Notes: generated by a model from the sequence alone, not told the origin. A stretch of 64,000 nucleotides of DNA from Myxococcota bacterium (GCA_039028615.1 JBCCHT010000056.1:1-64000); one strand, 5' to 3'; shown: positions 38,110 through 48,141, counted from the stretch's first letter. Numbers and translations: made by a program.

Positions 38110-39645
38110 TCAGCGCTCGAGCACGCCTACGAGGGCATCGACGAGGTCGGTATCCCGAAAGGGCTTGAGCAGCAGGCCATCGGCGTTGCGGACCTCGGGA
38201 TAGCTCGACAGCTCGCCCTGGTCGTGGCCGCTGACGAAGATGACGGGGACCTTGGGATCGATGCGCCGCAGCTCGTCGTAGACGTCGGTGCCCTTGATGT
38301 AGGGCATGCCCATGTCGAGCAACACGCAGCTGAGGCGGGCGTGCTCATCGTCGAAGACGTCGATGCCCTCGAGACCGTCGCGCGCGACCAGGACCTCGGC
38401 GCCGCGGGCCTGAAGCGCACGGCGAGTCACCGAGCGGAGCAGGTCGTCGTCATCGATGATGAGCAGGATATGCCCCTGAAAGTCGCGAGAGGCCCGTACG
38501 GAGGGGCTCTCGGGCTCGACCTTGGCGGCGACGCGAGCGGGCGGCAACAACACGCGAAAGGTCGCCCCTTGGCCGGGCACGGTGTCGACGAGCAGGGCCC
38601 CGCCGTGCTCCTCGACGATCTCGAGGCTCGCCGACAGGCCCAGCCCATGACCGCTGCTCTTGGTAGAGAAGAAGGGGTCGAAGATCTGGCGCACCGTCTG
38701 GTCGTCGAGGCCCGGGCCCGAGTCTTCGATGGTGATGCACAGGTAGGTCCCCGGGGCGGGCACGATGCGCGTGCGGGTCTGCGAGAGCAGGGCGTGGTCG
38801 GCCTCGAGCGCGTGCGTGCCGACCATGATCGCGCCCACCTCGTCGCCGATGGCCTCGGCCGCATTGACGATGAAGTTCATGATGAGCTGCCGTAGCCGAG
38901 CGGGCTGCCCCATCACCACGGGCAGATCGTCCTCGAGGTCGAAGCGCATGACCACGGTAGGCGGGGTCGACACGTCGAGCAGCCGACCCATCTCGTGGGT
39001 GAGCTGGTTGATGTCGACGACCGCGTCCCCGTCGCCCTCCGTGCCCGAGTGCTGGAGGATCTGGTCGACGAGCTCGCGTGCTCGCTCGGTGGCGACGACG
39101 ATCTCTTCGGAGACCTCGCTGACGAGCTCGGCATCGTGCCCCTCGCGACTGAGAAACTCGGCGTTGACCAGGATCGCGGCCAGCAGGTTCTTGAAGTCGT
39201 GCGAGACGCGGCTGGCGACCATGCCGATGTACTCGAGGCGCCGACTGGACTCGGCCTCGACGGGCTTGGCGGGCGCGGCATCGAGCTCTTCGACGCCCGC
39301 GGGGGCGGCAGCTTCGGGCGGAGGCTCGATCAACACGTGATTGAATCGCTCGCCGGGGCAGACACGCACGAGCACGTCTCGCAGCTCGCCGTCGAAGCGC
39401 CAGCGCAGCGACAGGTCGCCCATCATGCCGCCGTCGGCGTCCTGCAACGCCGCCTGCACCCGGGGTCGATCTTCGGCCTCGAACAGGTCGAGCACCTCGC
39501 GGCCCATCCACTCGAGCGAGTCGATGCGCACGCCCCCGAGGCTCCGCACGACGACGTCGAAGACCCGCAGCTCGCGGTCGACGACGAGGCACACGCTGGG
39601 CTGCTCACCCACGTCCGATTGCGCCACTGCTCTTCCCAAAGCCAT
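38110..39645 (-). CDS. Cytoplasmic hybrid histidine kinase/response regulator (PAS-like, HisKA, HATPase, REC)
   Basis: SHDFKNLL, NAAEA, DSGPG, FDPFFSTK, GLGL, IDDDD, LLDMGMP, KPF. Confidence 0.92.
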   Translation of the reverse strand: MALGRAVAQSDVGEQPSVCLVVDRELRVFDVVVRSLGGVRIDSLEWMGREVLDLFEAEDRPRVQAALQDADGGMMGDLSLRWRFDGELRDVLVRVCPGERFNHVLIEPPPEAAAPAGVEELDAAPAKPVEAESSRRLEYIGMVASRVSHDFKNLLAAILVNAEFLSREGHDAELVSEVSEEIVVATERARELVDQILQHSGTEGDGDAVVDINQLTHEMGRLLDVSTPPTVVMRFDLEDDLPVVMGQPARLRQLIMNFIVNAAEAIGDEVGAIMVGTHALEADHALLSQTRTRIVPAPGTYLCITIEDSGPGLDDQTVRQIFDPFFSTKSSGHGLGLSASLEIVEEHGGALLVDTVPGQGATFRVLLPPARVAAKVEPESPSVRASRDFQGHILLIIDDDDLLRSVTRRALQARGAEVLVARDGLEGIDVFDDEHARLSCVLLDMGMPYIKGTDVYDELRRIDPKVPVIFVSGHDQGELSSYPEVRNADGLLLKPFRDTDLVDALVGVLER

Positions 39646-40006
39646 CACCAGGGTGTTCGAACCGGGCACCGACCCACCGTCGGCCGAGATGACCTACCCC
39701 GTTCGAGTGTACGAGTCCGCGTGCGACGATGCATCTACGATCCAAGACGGGGGCGACGTGACGGGAGTGACAGTGCTTCCCAACATGGGACGGACATCGA
39801 GCGAAACCCCCGGACCTCCGACCCCGCCTGCGTCCCGAGGCACCCGGCCGGGGTACGACACGACCCCGTCGGGTACGACACGTCACCCCCGGGCGGATCG
39901 ATCGGCCTCCGCCTCGATCGCGCGACGGCAAGCTGCACGCTGGCCCTACGCGCCACCGCAGCCGTCCGTTTGCGCCCGGCGGGGGCCAAACGCTACAAGC
40001 GGAGCC

Positions 40007-41332
40007 GTGAAGATTCGGCCGATCAGCGGTTTTCCCGAGTGGCTGCCCCAGGAGCAGATCGTCGAGCAACGGCTCATCGAGGAGGTTCGTCGTCAGTTCG
40101 AACTGTTTGGCTTTCGTCCCGTGAACACGCGGGCGGTCGAGCCCCTCGACCGGCTTACCAATAATGGTTCGACCGACAAGGAAATCTACGTCGTCCGCCG
40201 CCTGCACGCCGATCCGAACCAAGGCGACGACAAGCTCGGGCTGCACTTCGATCTCACGGTTCCCTTCGCGCGCTATACGCTGGAGAACCGCGGCCACCTC
40301 CCCTTCCCGTTCAAGCGCTACCAGATCCAGAAGGTCTGGCGCGGCGAACGGCCCCAGGAAGGGCGCTATCGCGAGTTTTATCAGGCCGACATCGACGTGG
40401 TGGGGCAGGACTCGTTGCCGCTGTGCTTCGACGCCGAGATGCCGTTGTTGCTGCACGCGGTCGCCAGCGCGCTGCCGATCCCTCCCATCCGAATCCACGT
40501 GGGGCACCGCAAGGTACTCGAGGGTTTCTATCGCGGCCTGGGCATCGAGGACATCACCCCGGTGCTGCGGACCGTCGACAAGCTCGCCAAGATCGGAGAA
40601 TCGGCGGCCGCGAAGCTCCTGGTCGAGGAGCAAGGGCTGAGCGCGGAGCAAGCCGAGCGCTGCTTGTCACTCGGCAAGTTGCTCGGTGGCGTGGAGGTGA
40701 TCGACCAGGTCCGAGCCTTGGGGGTGGAGCACGAGCTGCTCGAGACCGGACTCCAGGAGCTCCACGAGGTCATGCAGACCGCGACCGAGCTGCCCGAGGG
40801 CGCGGTGGTGGCCGACCTCGGCATCGCCCGCGGCTTCGACTACTACACGGGCACCGTGTACGAGGGCGTCATGCAGGGCATGGAGTCATTGGGCTCGGTG
40901 TGCTCGGGGGGCCGCTACGACAACCTCGTCGACGCCGGAGAGAACGCCAAGTTCCCGGGGATCGGGGTCTCGTTCGGCCTCACCCGCATGCTCGCGCCGC
41001 TGCTCAAGAAGAAGGCCCTTCGCGCCAGCCGCAGCACGCCGACCTGCGTGCTCGTGGTGCTCGACAAAGAGGAATACCGCGCCCGCTCGATGGGGGCGGC
41101 CTCGGCCCTGCGCGCGCGGGGGATCGCCACCGAGGTGTTCCACACCGCGGCCAAGTACGGCAAGCAGATCAAGTACGCCGACAAGCTGGGCATCCCCTTC
41201 GTGTGGTTCCCCAGTGACGACGAGGGCGCGGGCGAAGTGCGAGACATTCGCAGCGGCGAGCAGGTGGCGGCCAATACCGGCACGTGGAGCCCGCCACAGG
41301 CCGATCTGCGGCCTCAGCTCCTGACCGAGTAG
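40007..41332 (+). CDS. hisS: Histidine--tRNA ligase
   Basis: LHFDLTVPFAR, RGERPQEGRYREFYQADID, RGFDYYTG, SGGRYD; GTG start after GGAG. Confidence 0.96.
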   Translation: MKIRPISGFPEWLPQEQIVEQRLIEEVRRQFELFGFRPVNTRAVEPLDRLTNNGSTDKEIYVVRRLHADPNQGDDKLGLHFDLTVPFARYTLENRGHLPFPFKRYQIQKVWRGERPQEGRYREFYQADIDVVGQDSLPLCFDAEMPLLLHAVASALPIPPIRIHVGHRKVLEGFYRGLGIEDITPVLRTVDKLAKIGESAAAKLLVEEQGLSAEQAERCLSLGKLLGGVEVIDQVRALGVEHELLETGLQELHEVMQTATELPEGAVVADLGIARGFDYYTGTVYEGVMQGMESLGSVCSGGRYDNLVDAGENAKFPGIGVSFGLTRMLAPLLKKKALRASRSTPTCVLVVLDKEEYRARSMGAASALRARGIATEVFHTAAKYGKQIKYADKLGIPFVWFPSDDEGAGEVRDIRSGEQVAANTGTWSPPQADLRPQLLTE

Positions 41333-41366
41333 CCGCGCCGCGTACCGTCGCCGTGCCCCCGCCGGA

Positions 41367-42263
41367 CTACCCCGGGGGTACGGCGCAGACCCCTACGTTG
41401 GGCAGGATGGGCTCTTCGTAGGGCACGCACTGGAACTCGTTGGCGCAGACGTCGGTGTCGAGGTTGCAGTAGTAGCTGCAGCATCCGATCGCCCCGGGAC
41501 ACTCGGGGAAGAACTCGGCGGGAATGCAGGTCAGGCCCGGATCGCACTGACCGGGCCCTTGGCAGGGGTCACCGAAGACACCGTCCTCCCCGGTGTCGTC
41601 GTCGATGCAGGCGAAGGTGTTCTCGAAGGGAATGCACAGGGCGTCCTGAGGGCAGGTCTCGGCGTTCAGCGGGTCACAGCCGATGAGGCACAGCCCGAAG
41701 TCCGCCTCCGGCAGGCTGAAGTCGACGCAGGTCAACGGGGCCGGGTTACAGGGATTGTCCCCCACGCACATGCTGATGCAGACGTTGGAGCCGGGCTCGT
41801 CGGTGAGGCACATCAGCCCGAACCCGCAGGTGTCTTGGGTCCCCTCGCAGAAGAACTCGCAGGGGTCTCCGAACTGGTTTTCCGCCGCGATGGGTACACA
41901 CCGGGCGCCGTCGTCCTCGCCGAAGCTCGCGTGCGGCGAGCACTTTTGGCCGGGCGGGCACGCGTCTACGGTGTACGGATCACACCGCTCGCCGATGTCA
42001 TCGAAGCAGGACGGAAGACCGCCGGTCTCTTGCCCGTCGTCGGTGCCTTCGTCGCTGGGCGGCAGGGTGGTGTCGCCTCCCGTGCCCTCGTCCGTCCCCA
42101 TCGGGCGCCCGGTCGAGCCTTCGCCTTCACCGTCACCGTCGGCCGTCTTCGCGCCGGTCTCGCCGCCCGAGCTCGCCATGGCGTCCGAGTCGGCGATGAA
42201 CCGGGGGTTGTCGGCCGTGCAACCAGTCAGCAGTACGACCCCCCAAGCCCACCCCTTCGACAT
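41367..42263 (-). CDS. Cys-rich myxobacterial lipoprotein (paralog of 9850-10728)
   Basis: Lipobox LTGC, Gly/Thr/Asp linker, CDPL..C, CCSYYC, VGVCAVPP. Confidence 0.8.
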   Translation of the reverse strand: MSKGWAWGVVLLTGCTADNPRFIADSDAMASSGGETGAKTADGDGEGEGSTGRPMGTDEGTGGDTTLPPSDEGTDDGQETGGLPSCFDDIGERCDPYTVDACPPGQKCSPHASFGEDDGARCVPIAAENQFGDPCEFFCEGTQDTCGFGLMCLTDEPGSNVCISMCVGDNPCNPAPLTCVDFSLPEADFGLCLIGCDPLNAETCPQDALCIPFENTFACIDDDTGEDGVFGDPCQGPGQCDPGLTCIPAEFFPECPGAIGCCSYYCNLDTDVCANEFQCVPYEEPILPNVGVCAVPPG

Positions 42264-42386
42264 GCGTACCACCCGGTGTCGATGGTACCGCGTCGATCCC
42301 CCCGTGGGGGTTCCGTAACGACATCTTCGCCCGATCCGTGACGCCCATGTCGTGGTGTTCCTGGGGCAAGAGACTGAAAAGAGGGG

Positions 42387-42402
42387 TGGCACGCCCGTTG
42401 CT
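42387..42402 (+). promoter_or_regulatory. Sigma54 (RpoN) -24/-12 promoter
   Basis: TGGCACG-CCCG-TTGCT, a perfect match to TGGCACG-N4-TTGCW, ~75 bp upstream of ATG 42476. Confidence 0.8.
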
Positions 42403-42475
42403 AGTAGCAATGGGGTCGGCTGGGCTCCGTCGTGGCGACCGTGCCCCCGTCACCGTGGATTGGCTTGGACTATCG

Positions 42476-43858
42476 ATGAAGAACTCCCCGTGGATCTTGG
42501 TGGCGAGCATGCTCGTAGGCTGCTCGAGCAATACCGTGACCCTGGACGGCGACGACACGGCCACCCAAGGCCCCGTCGGCGATACCGAGCTTCCGCAGAC
42601 CGATGGTGGCCCGACCCCGCCGCACGGCGAGTGCTCGGACCAAAACGACTGCGGCGGAGATTGCCAGTACTGTGACGAGGGCGCGTGCGTCGAAGACCCC
42701 GGGTGCTGCTGGGCTCAGCCGGGCGAGGACCCCTGGGTCTTTCGCTGCTCGCCGCCCGTCGACTGCTGGGACGATACGGAGTGCGGCAGCGGCGAGGAGT
42801 GCATCAACAACGAGTGCATGCCCGAGCAAGGGCCGATGGTCTACGAGCCGCCCATCTGCGACGAGGACCTCGTGCTGACGGTCGACCAGCTCGGCCTCGG
42901 CGACGTGGTGGAGCAGATCGCCGCGCCCTCCCCCGGCTTGCTGCTCGCGGTCGACAGCTTCATGCACATCCGGCAGGTCGATCTCGATACCGGCGCGCTC
43001 GGCTCCTCCATCGTCCAACTCTCGGGCGACGCGGTGTTCGAGCTCGTCGCGGGTGGGCCCTCGCGCGTGGTCGCGGTCGTGCACGAGACGCTGAAGGACG
43101 GGAGCCAGGGTCATCACACGCTGGTCGCCCACCGGGAGGACGCTGAAGCGTGGGCCGTCGATCAGTCGCCGTCCTACGAGACCCCGGCCCTGGGGGTGAC
43201 GCGACGGCCGGAGCCCAACGAGGTGTACATCGCGTCCACCGACGAAATCCTGCGCACGGAGATCGGGCCGCCCTTGGCGGGGCTCAACGCGCTGCCGCTG
43301 ACGACTCCGGTCGGCCGCATCCAGAGCGTCGCCGCCGGCAATGGTGAGCACTACCTGGGCGTGGACGCCCTGTTCGGCATCGAGATGCTCGAGCCGGTCG
43401 ACGGTGAGATCCTGGGGAGCACCGCGAGCTACGACGGCATCATGGTCGATCTGGCCGCCGTCGACGGACCGGGCACGGGAGAGGGTGAGCGCCTCGTGGT
43501 GCTGACCCACCTGCCCCCCGAGGACGCCGAGCTCGAGCCCGACATCACCGCGGTGCAGGTCATGGGCCTCGACATTGGTTTTGCGCCGTCGACTCCCTTT
43601 GGCACGGATGGTGTCCCTCTCGACGCCGAGGCGGCCGACATGGATGGCGACGGCATCGAGGACATCGTGGTGGCGATGCAGGGCGGCCGCCTCGACGTGT
43701 ACCTGATGGACGACGAGGGCCCCCGCTGCCGCGCGTTCCTGCCCCTTGGTGGGATAAGCGACGTCGAGGTAGGTGACCTCGATGACGACGGGACCGACGA
43801 GGTGCTGATCGTCGACTCGGACTCCACGTTGTCGATCGTGGCCGGCTCGGCCGGCTGA
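42476..43858 (+). CDS. Lipoprotein with Cys-rich module and FG-GAP/beta-propeller-like C-terminus
   Basis: Lipobox LVGC; DMDGDGIEDIVV and DLDDDGTDEVL Ca-binding motifs. Confidence 0.8.
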   Translation: MKNSPWILVASMLVGCSSNTVTLDGDDTATQGPVGDTELPQTDGGPTPPHGECSDQNDCGGDCQYCDEGACVEDPGCCWAQPGEDPWVFRCSPPVDCWDDTECGSGEECINNECMPEQGPMVYEPPICDEDLVLTVDQLGLGDVVEQIAAPSPGLLLAVDSFMHIRQVDLDTGALGSSIVQLSGDAVFELVAGGPSRVVAVVHETLKDGSQGHHTLVAHREDAEAWAVDQSPSYETPALGVTRRPEPNEVYIASTDEILRTEIGPPLAGLNALPLTTPVGRIQSVAAGNGEHYLGVDALFGIEMLEPVDGEILGSTASYDGIMVDLAAVDGPGTGEGERLVVLTHLPPEDAELEPDITAVQVMGLDIGFAPSTPFGTDGVPLDAEAADMDGDGIEDIVVAMQGGRLDVYLMDDEGPRCRAFLPLGGISDVEVGDLDDDGTDEVLIVDSDSTLSIVAGSAG

Positions 43859-43912
43859 GTCTTTGCGGATCCCAACGGGCACGCGCGGTCACACTGACGT
43901 ATCCTCAACAGC

Positions 43913-44227
43913 ATGGCCCCCAAAGACGAGGATCGAGCCGCCATCTTGGCTCGACGCCAGCGCTTCGTCACCGCCGCGCTCGCGGGCATCACCACCAGTA
44001 CGCTCGCCACCGCGTGCCCGTGCCTGGATGTCGAGCCGCCTCCCGATGAGACCGACTCCGAGACCGACGACGAGACCGACCACGCCACCGCCGCCGAACA
44101 CGACGGTACGGCGGGCTCGAGCGGGAGCAGCGGATCGGGCGGCAACGCCAGCTCGGGCAGCAGCTCGGGTGGCGGCGCCACCGGCCCGGCCACGACGGAC
44201 GGCAGCGGCACCGCGAGCGAAGGCTGA
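43913..44227 (+). CDS. Small exported peptide/lipoprotein with ILARRQRF leader and CPCL motif
   Basis: MAPKDEDRAAILARRQRFVTAALAG...ACPCLDV, then acidic and Gly/Ser tail. Confidence 0.65.
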   Translation: MAPKDEDRAAILARRQRFVTAALAGITTSTLATACPCLDVEPPPDETDSETDDETDHATAAEHDGTAGSSGSSGSGGNASSGSSSGGGATGPATTDGSGTASEG

Positions 44228-44263
44228 CCGCCGGCCGCATTCTCACGACTCGACTCCCTCCGC

Positions 44264-46942
44264 GTGAGCGACGACCGAGACTCTCCGACCCGTACCCTCA
44301 CCCGCTCGCACGAGGGGGTCATGGGCCAGCGAACGGACAGCGACCCGCCTCGGCGGCCCGCGCCCTTCGGAGAGTCACAGCTGCCGCCCGCCATCGATCG
44401 TTTCGTCGTGCTCGAGGAGCTCGGCGCGGGCGGGATGGGGCGCGTCTATCTCGGCAAGGACCACGTGCTGGGCCGCGAGGTCGCGCTGAAGATCCTCGAC
44501 CCCAACAACGAAGGGATGCACGACGAGGCCACGCTGTGGAACGAGGCCCAGGCGATGGCCCAGCTGTCGCATCCCAACGTCGTGCCCGTGTTCAACGTGG
44601 GCAAGAGCGAGGGCCGGGTCTACATCGCGATGGAACGGATCGCGGGGGTCTCGCTTCGCCAGTGGCTCTCCGAGCACCATGGGCCGCTGCGGACCATCCT
44701 GTCGATGCTCATGCAGGCCGGCGAAGGCCTGGTGGCGATGCACGAGGTCGGGCTGATCCACGGCGACTTCAAGCCCTCGAACGTGATGGTGGAGCCCAGC
44801 GGTCGGGCGCGCGTCGTCGACCTCGGGCTCGCCGGCCCCGTGGGCTCGGGCTCGCCGGATTCGGATCCTTCGAATCCCTCGGGTGACTCCTCCCGCGAGG
44901 TCCTCCGAGGCACACCGCGCTTCATGGCGCCCGAACACCTCACCACGGGTGTGAGTTCGACGGCCAGCGACCAGTACTCGTTCTGCGTCGCGCTCTACCT
45001 CGCGCTGCACGGCCGCTACCCCTCCTCGACCGACCGCAAGGGCCGGGGCCCGAAGCCCAGCCGCGTCGCTGCCCCCAGGCCCACGCGGAACCTCGTCGTC
45101 CCGCCCCGCATCGAGCGAGCGATCGCCCGTGGCCTATCCGCGGCCCCGGCCGATCGCTGGCCCTCGATGCGGAGCCTGCTCGACGAGCTCCAGACCGCCC
45201 TTCGACAGCGCCGCCGACGTCGATCCTGGATCACCTGGGGCGCGGTAGGGGCCGTGGTGGCGCTCGGGTGGGTCGGCATCGCCACCCAGGGCCGCGCCGA
45301 CCCCTGTCTCCAAGGGCCGTCGCCGCTCCGCGGGGCCTGGGACGAGACCCAGCGCCCCCGCGTCCGCGACGCCCTGCGAGCACCCCAATCCGGCTCGGCC
45401 CAGGACATCCTCGCCCAGCTCGATCGCTACTCCGACGCTTGGCTCGTCGCCCGGGTCGCGGCCTGTCGAGCCGCCGAGGCGGCCCCCGCCGACGACACGG
45501 ACGCCACCGCCGACCTGGTGATGCGTTGCCTCGACGAGCGTCGCAGCCAGCTCAGCGCCTACGTCCAGGTCCTGGCCACCTCCGAGGACCTGCCTCCGAC
45601 CAAGGCCGTCGAGTTGCTCGACCGACTCGAGCCCATCGAGTCCTGCCGTGACGACTCCTCCAACCTGCGCGCCGCGTCGGCGCCGATCGACCCCGAGCTC
45701 GCGGCCACCGTCGAGAGCCACCGCGAGACGGTGCAGCGCATCGGAGCCATGTCCACCCTGGGCAAGCATGCCGAAGCCCAGCGGGTCGCCGACGATCTGC
45801 TGGTCGAGGCTCGCGCCCTCGACTTCAGCCCGCTGGTGGCGGAGGTCCTCATCGCGCGCGGCCACGTTCAGCGGTGGCTCGGTCACTTCGTGGCTTCGCG
45901 CCAGGACCTCGAAGACGCCTACTTCCTCGCCAAGTCCGACGGGAACCATGCGTTGATGTCCAGGGCCGCCAACGAGCTGATGCTGGTCGTGGGTGTGTAC
46001 CAAGGCGACTACGACGCAGCCGAAGACTGGAAGCGCCACGCTCACGCCGCGCTGGCCTACTTGCAGTCGCCCGAGGCCGAGGCGCGCTACTACGAGATGG
46101 CCGGCGGGCTCTTCGAGCAACAGGGCCGACTCGATGAAGCCATGGAGGCCCACACCAAGGCGCTCGAGATCATCGAAGAACACTTCGGCCCGACCCGCTC
46201 CCGACTCGCCTCCGCCCTGTTCAACGCCGGGTTGGTGTTGCTCGGCGCCAAGCGCTACGAGGAAGCGGAGCAGCATTTTACGCGGTGCATCGAGATCGCC
46301 GAGCGAACCTTGGGGGCCACCAGCACCCGCGTCGCCACGTGCAGCGGCGCCCGGGGAGATTCGCTGCTGGACCACGGCAAGCTCGACGCAGCCGAGGTCG
46401 ACCTGCTGCGCGCGTCCGAGCTGTTCGACCAGAACCTGGGCGTCGACAACTTCTATTCGCCCTTCACCCTCGACTCGTTGGGGCAGCTGTACCACCAGCG
46501 GGGCGACCTGGACGCGGCCAAGGCCTCCTTCGATCGAGCCCTCACCGCCTGGGAGCACCAGCCCGAGCCCGACCCGCGACAGATGGCCTACGTGCTCACC
46601 AACCGCGGCGAGATGTTCCTGACCCGAGGAGACCTCACCTCCGCCGAGGCAGACTTCGACCGGGCGTGGACCATGGTTCGGGACCTCACCGGGGAGTGGA
46701 GCGTCGAGCAGATCGAAGTGTTGGAGTCCCGGGCGATGCTCGCCGTCGCGCGGGAGGATCACGCCGCGGTGGAGCAGCTGATCGACGACGCGCGACAGCG
46801 GATCGCGGGGCGCAGCGAGTGGCAGCGGCGATGGACCAAGATGGTCGGCGCGGTGGCCCGCGAGTACGGCAAACGCGGCGATGAGCTGCGCGCGGCGGAG
46901 TACCGCGGCCGCATCGAGCCGGCCCCGTCCACGGAGAAGTAG
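44264..46942 (+). CDS. Membrane Ser/Thr protein kinase with C-terminal TPR repeats
   Basis: GAGGMGRVY, ALK, HGDFKPSN, DLG, GTPRFMAPE; TM helix; TPRs. Confidence 0.92.
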   Translation: MSDDRDSPTRTLTRSHEGVMGQRTDSDPPRRPAPFGESQLPPAIDRFVVLEELGAGGMGRVYLGKDHVLGREVALKILDPNNEGMHDEATLWNEAQAMAQLSHPNVVPVFNVGKSEGRVYIAMERIAGVSLRQWLSEHHGPLRTILSMLMQAGEGLVAMHEVGLIHGDFKPSNVMVEPSGRARVVDLGLAGPVGSGSPDSDPSNPSGDSSREVLRGTPRFMAPEHLTTGVSSTASDQYSFCVALYLALHGRYPSSTDRKGRGPKPSRVAAPRPTRNLVVPPRIERAIARGLSAAPADRWPSMRSLLDELQTALRQRRRRRSWITWGAVGAVVALGWVGIATQGRADPCLQGPSPLRGAWDETQRPRVRDALRAPQSGSAQDILAQLDRYSDAWLVARVAACRAAEAAPADDTDATADLVMRCLDERRSQLSAYVQVLATSEDLPPTKAVELLDRLEPIESCRDDSSNLRAASAPIDPELAATVESHRETVQRIGAMSTLGKHAEAQRVADDLLVEARALDFSPLVAEVLIARGHVQRWLGHFVASRQDLEDAYFLAKSDGNHALMSRAANELMLVVGVYQGDYDAAEDWKRHAHAALAYLQSPEAEARYYEMAGGLFEQQGRLDEAMEAHTKALEIIEEHFGPTRSRLASALFNAGLVLLGAKRYEEAEQHFTRCIEIAERTLGATSTRVATCSGARGDSLLDHGKLDAAEVDLLRASELFDQNLGVDNFYSPFTLDSLGQLYHQRGDLDAAKASFDRALTAWEHQPEPDPRQMAYVLTNRGEMFLTRGDLTSAEADFDRAWTMVRDLTGEWSVEQIEVLESRAMLAVAREDHAAVEQLIDDARQRIAGRSEWQRRWTKMVGAVAREYGKRGDELRAAEYRGRIEPAPSTEK

Positions 46943-46947
46943 CGACC

Positions 46948-48141
46948 ATGGAGGTCTCCCAGGCAGCCGACCGGCTCATGAATGCGTCGGCGGCCTTCGA
47001 CGAGGGCCGCCAGGCCGTGGTCGAGCGACGAACCGCTGCGGACTCGGGTTGGCTGGCTGCGCTGGCGGACGAACTCGAACGACGCGAAGCCTCGCCGGTC
47101 GCCCGCAATGCGGTGCTGGTCTCGCTAGCGTCGTGCCCAGGACGGGACATGGTTCGGCTGGTCCTCGAGCGCTGGCCCACGACCTCCGCCCCGCACATCG
47201 AAGAAGACCCGTCGCTGCCCCTCGCGTCGGCGCGGACACTCGCCGCCGTGCTCGCCCAGACCCAAAAGCCGCCCACGCTCGAGGCCGAGGCCCCGCGCCT
47301 GCTGATGGGCACGGCCTTCGAGCGGGACCTCGCCGCGTGTTGGGTGCAGGAGGCCGTCCTCCGCGGCCAGCCCGTCGGCACTCCGCCGTTGCGTCGCGGC
47401 TGGTCGATGCTCGAAGGCCACCTGCTGCATGCCCTCCCGCTGGTGCTGGAATCGCTGGAGGCTCGCCTACCCGGGTTCGCGCCCAAGACCGATGGCTTCC
47501 ATCGCTCGGGCGCAGGCGGGCTGGCCATGGTGACCACGGCCCCCGTTGCGGGACGCACGCGGGTCATGCCTGCTGAAGACATCACCACGCCCACGCGCGC
47601 GAGCCAGATCGCCTCGGTCGGCGCTCACGCTCGGGCATTCCACGGCGCGCGAATCGAAGCCCGCGTCGTCGAGCTCGCCGACCCTCTCCAGCCGGACTCG
47701 CTCGACGCGGACCTCGTGCGTGGCCTTCGACTCGCGTGCACGGGCCCGCTGCGCCTGGACGACGCCATGGCCCGCCCTCTGACCCCGGCCGCGGCCGGAC
47801 GACGCCATCGCAGCAAGGCCCAGGTCGCGGTGGTCCGCCGCGAGCCCGCCATCGTCTTCGAAACGCTCATGAACCTCGCGACGCACGGCGGGCACACCAA
47901 CCTGGTATGGAGTGCCGCGTGCGGCCGCCTGCTCGCTCGGCGCTCTCTGTCCGGGCTGGTCGGGCTCGGACAGACCCACGCGTGGTCCGAGGTCGTCGAG
48001 GCTGCCCAGCGCTGCGTTCTGTGGCAGGCGCGCATCGACAGCGGCTGGTTTTTCGGCGTGGGCGCCGACGACCTGCTGCTGCTCGTGCTGGGCGAAGACC
48101 GCCGCACGCTGTCCGTGCTCGGCTACACCGACACGGACTGA
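46948..48141 (+). CDS. DUF6183-like hypothetical protein
   Basis: ACGRLLARRSLSGLVG, WFFGV..D..LLVL..DRRTLSVLGYTDTD C-terminus (family recalled from memory). Confidence 0.6.
   Translation: MEVSQAADRLMNASAAFDEGRQAVVERRTAADSGWLAALADELERREASPVARNAVLVSLASCPGRDMVRLVLERWPTTSAPHIEEDPSLPLASARTLAAVLAQTQKPPTLEAEAPRLLMGTAFERDLAACWVQEAVLRGQPVGTPPLRRGWSMLEGHLLHALPLVLESLEARLPGFAPKTDGFHRSGAGGLAMVTTAPVAGRTRVMPAEDITTPTRASQIASVGAHARAFHGARIEARVVELADPLQPDSLDADLVRGLRLACTGPLRLDDAMARPLTPAAAGRRHRSKAQVAVVRREPAIVFETLMNLATHGGHTNLVWSAACGRLLARRSLSGLVGLGQTHAWSEVVEAAQRCVLWQARIDSGWFFGVGADDLLLLVLGEDRRTLSVLGYTDTD

Noticed and set aside
39341..40006. Apparent 220-aa N-terminal extension of HisRS in the ORF track
   Set aside because: It overlaps the opposite-strand kinase; HisRS homology starts at GTG 40007, which follows a GGAG ribosome-binding site.
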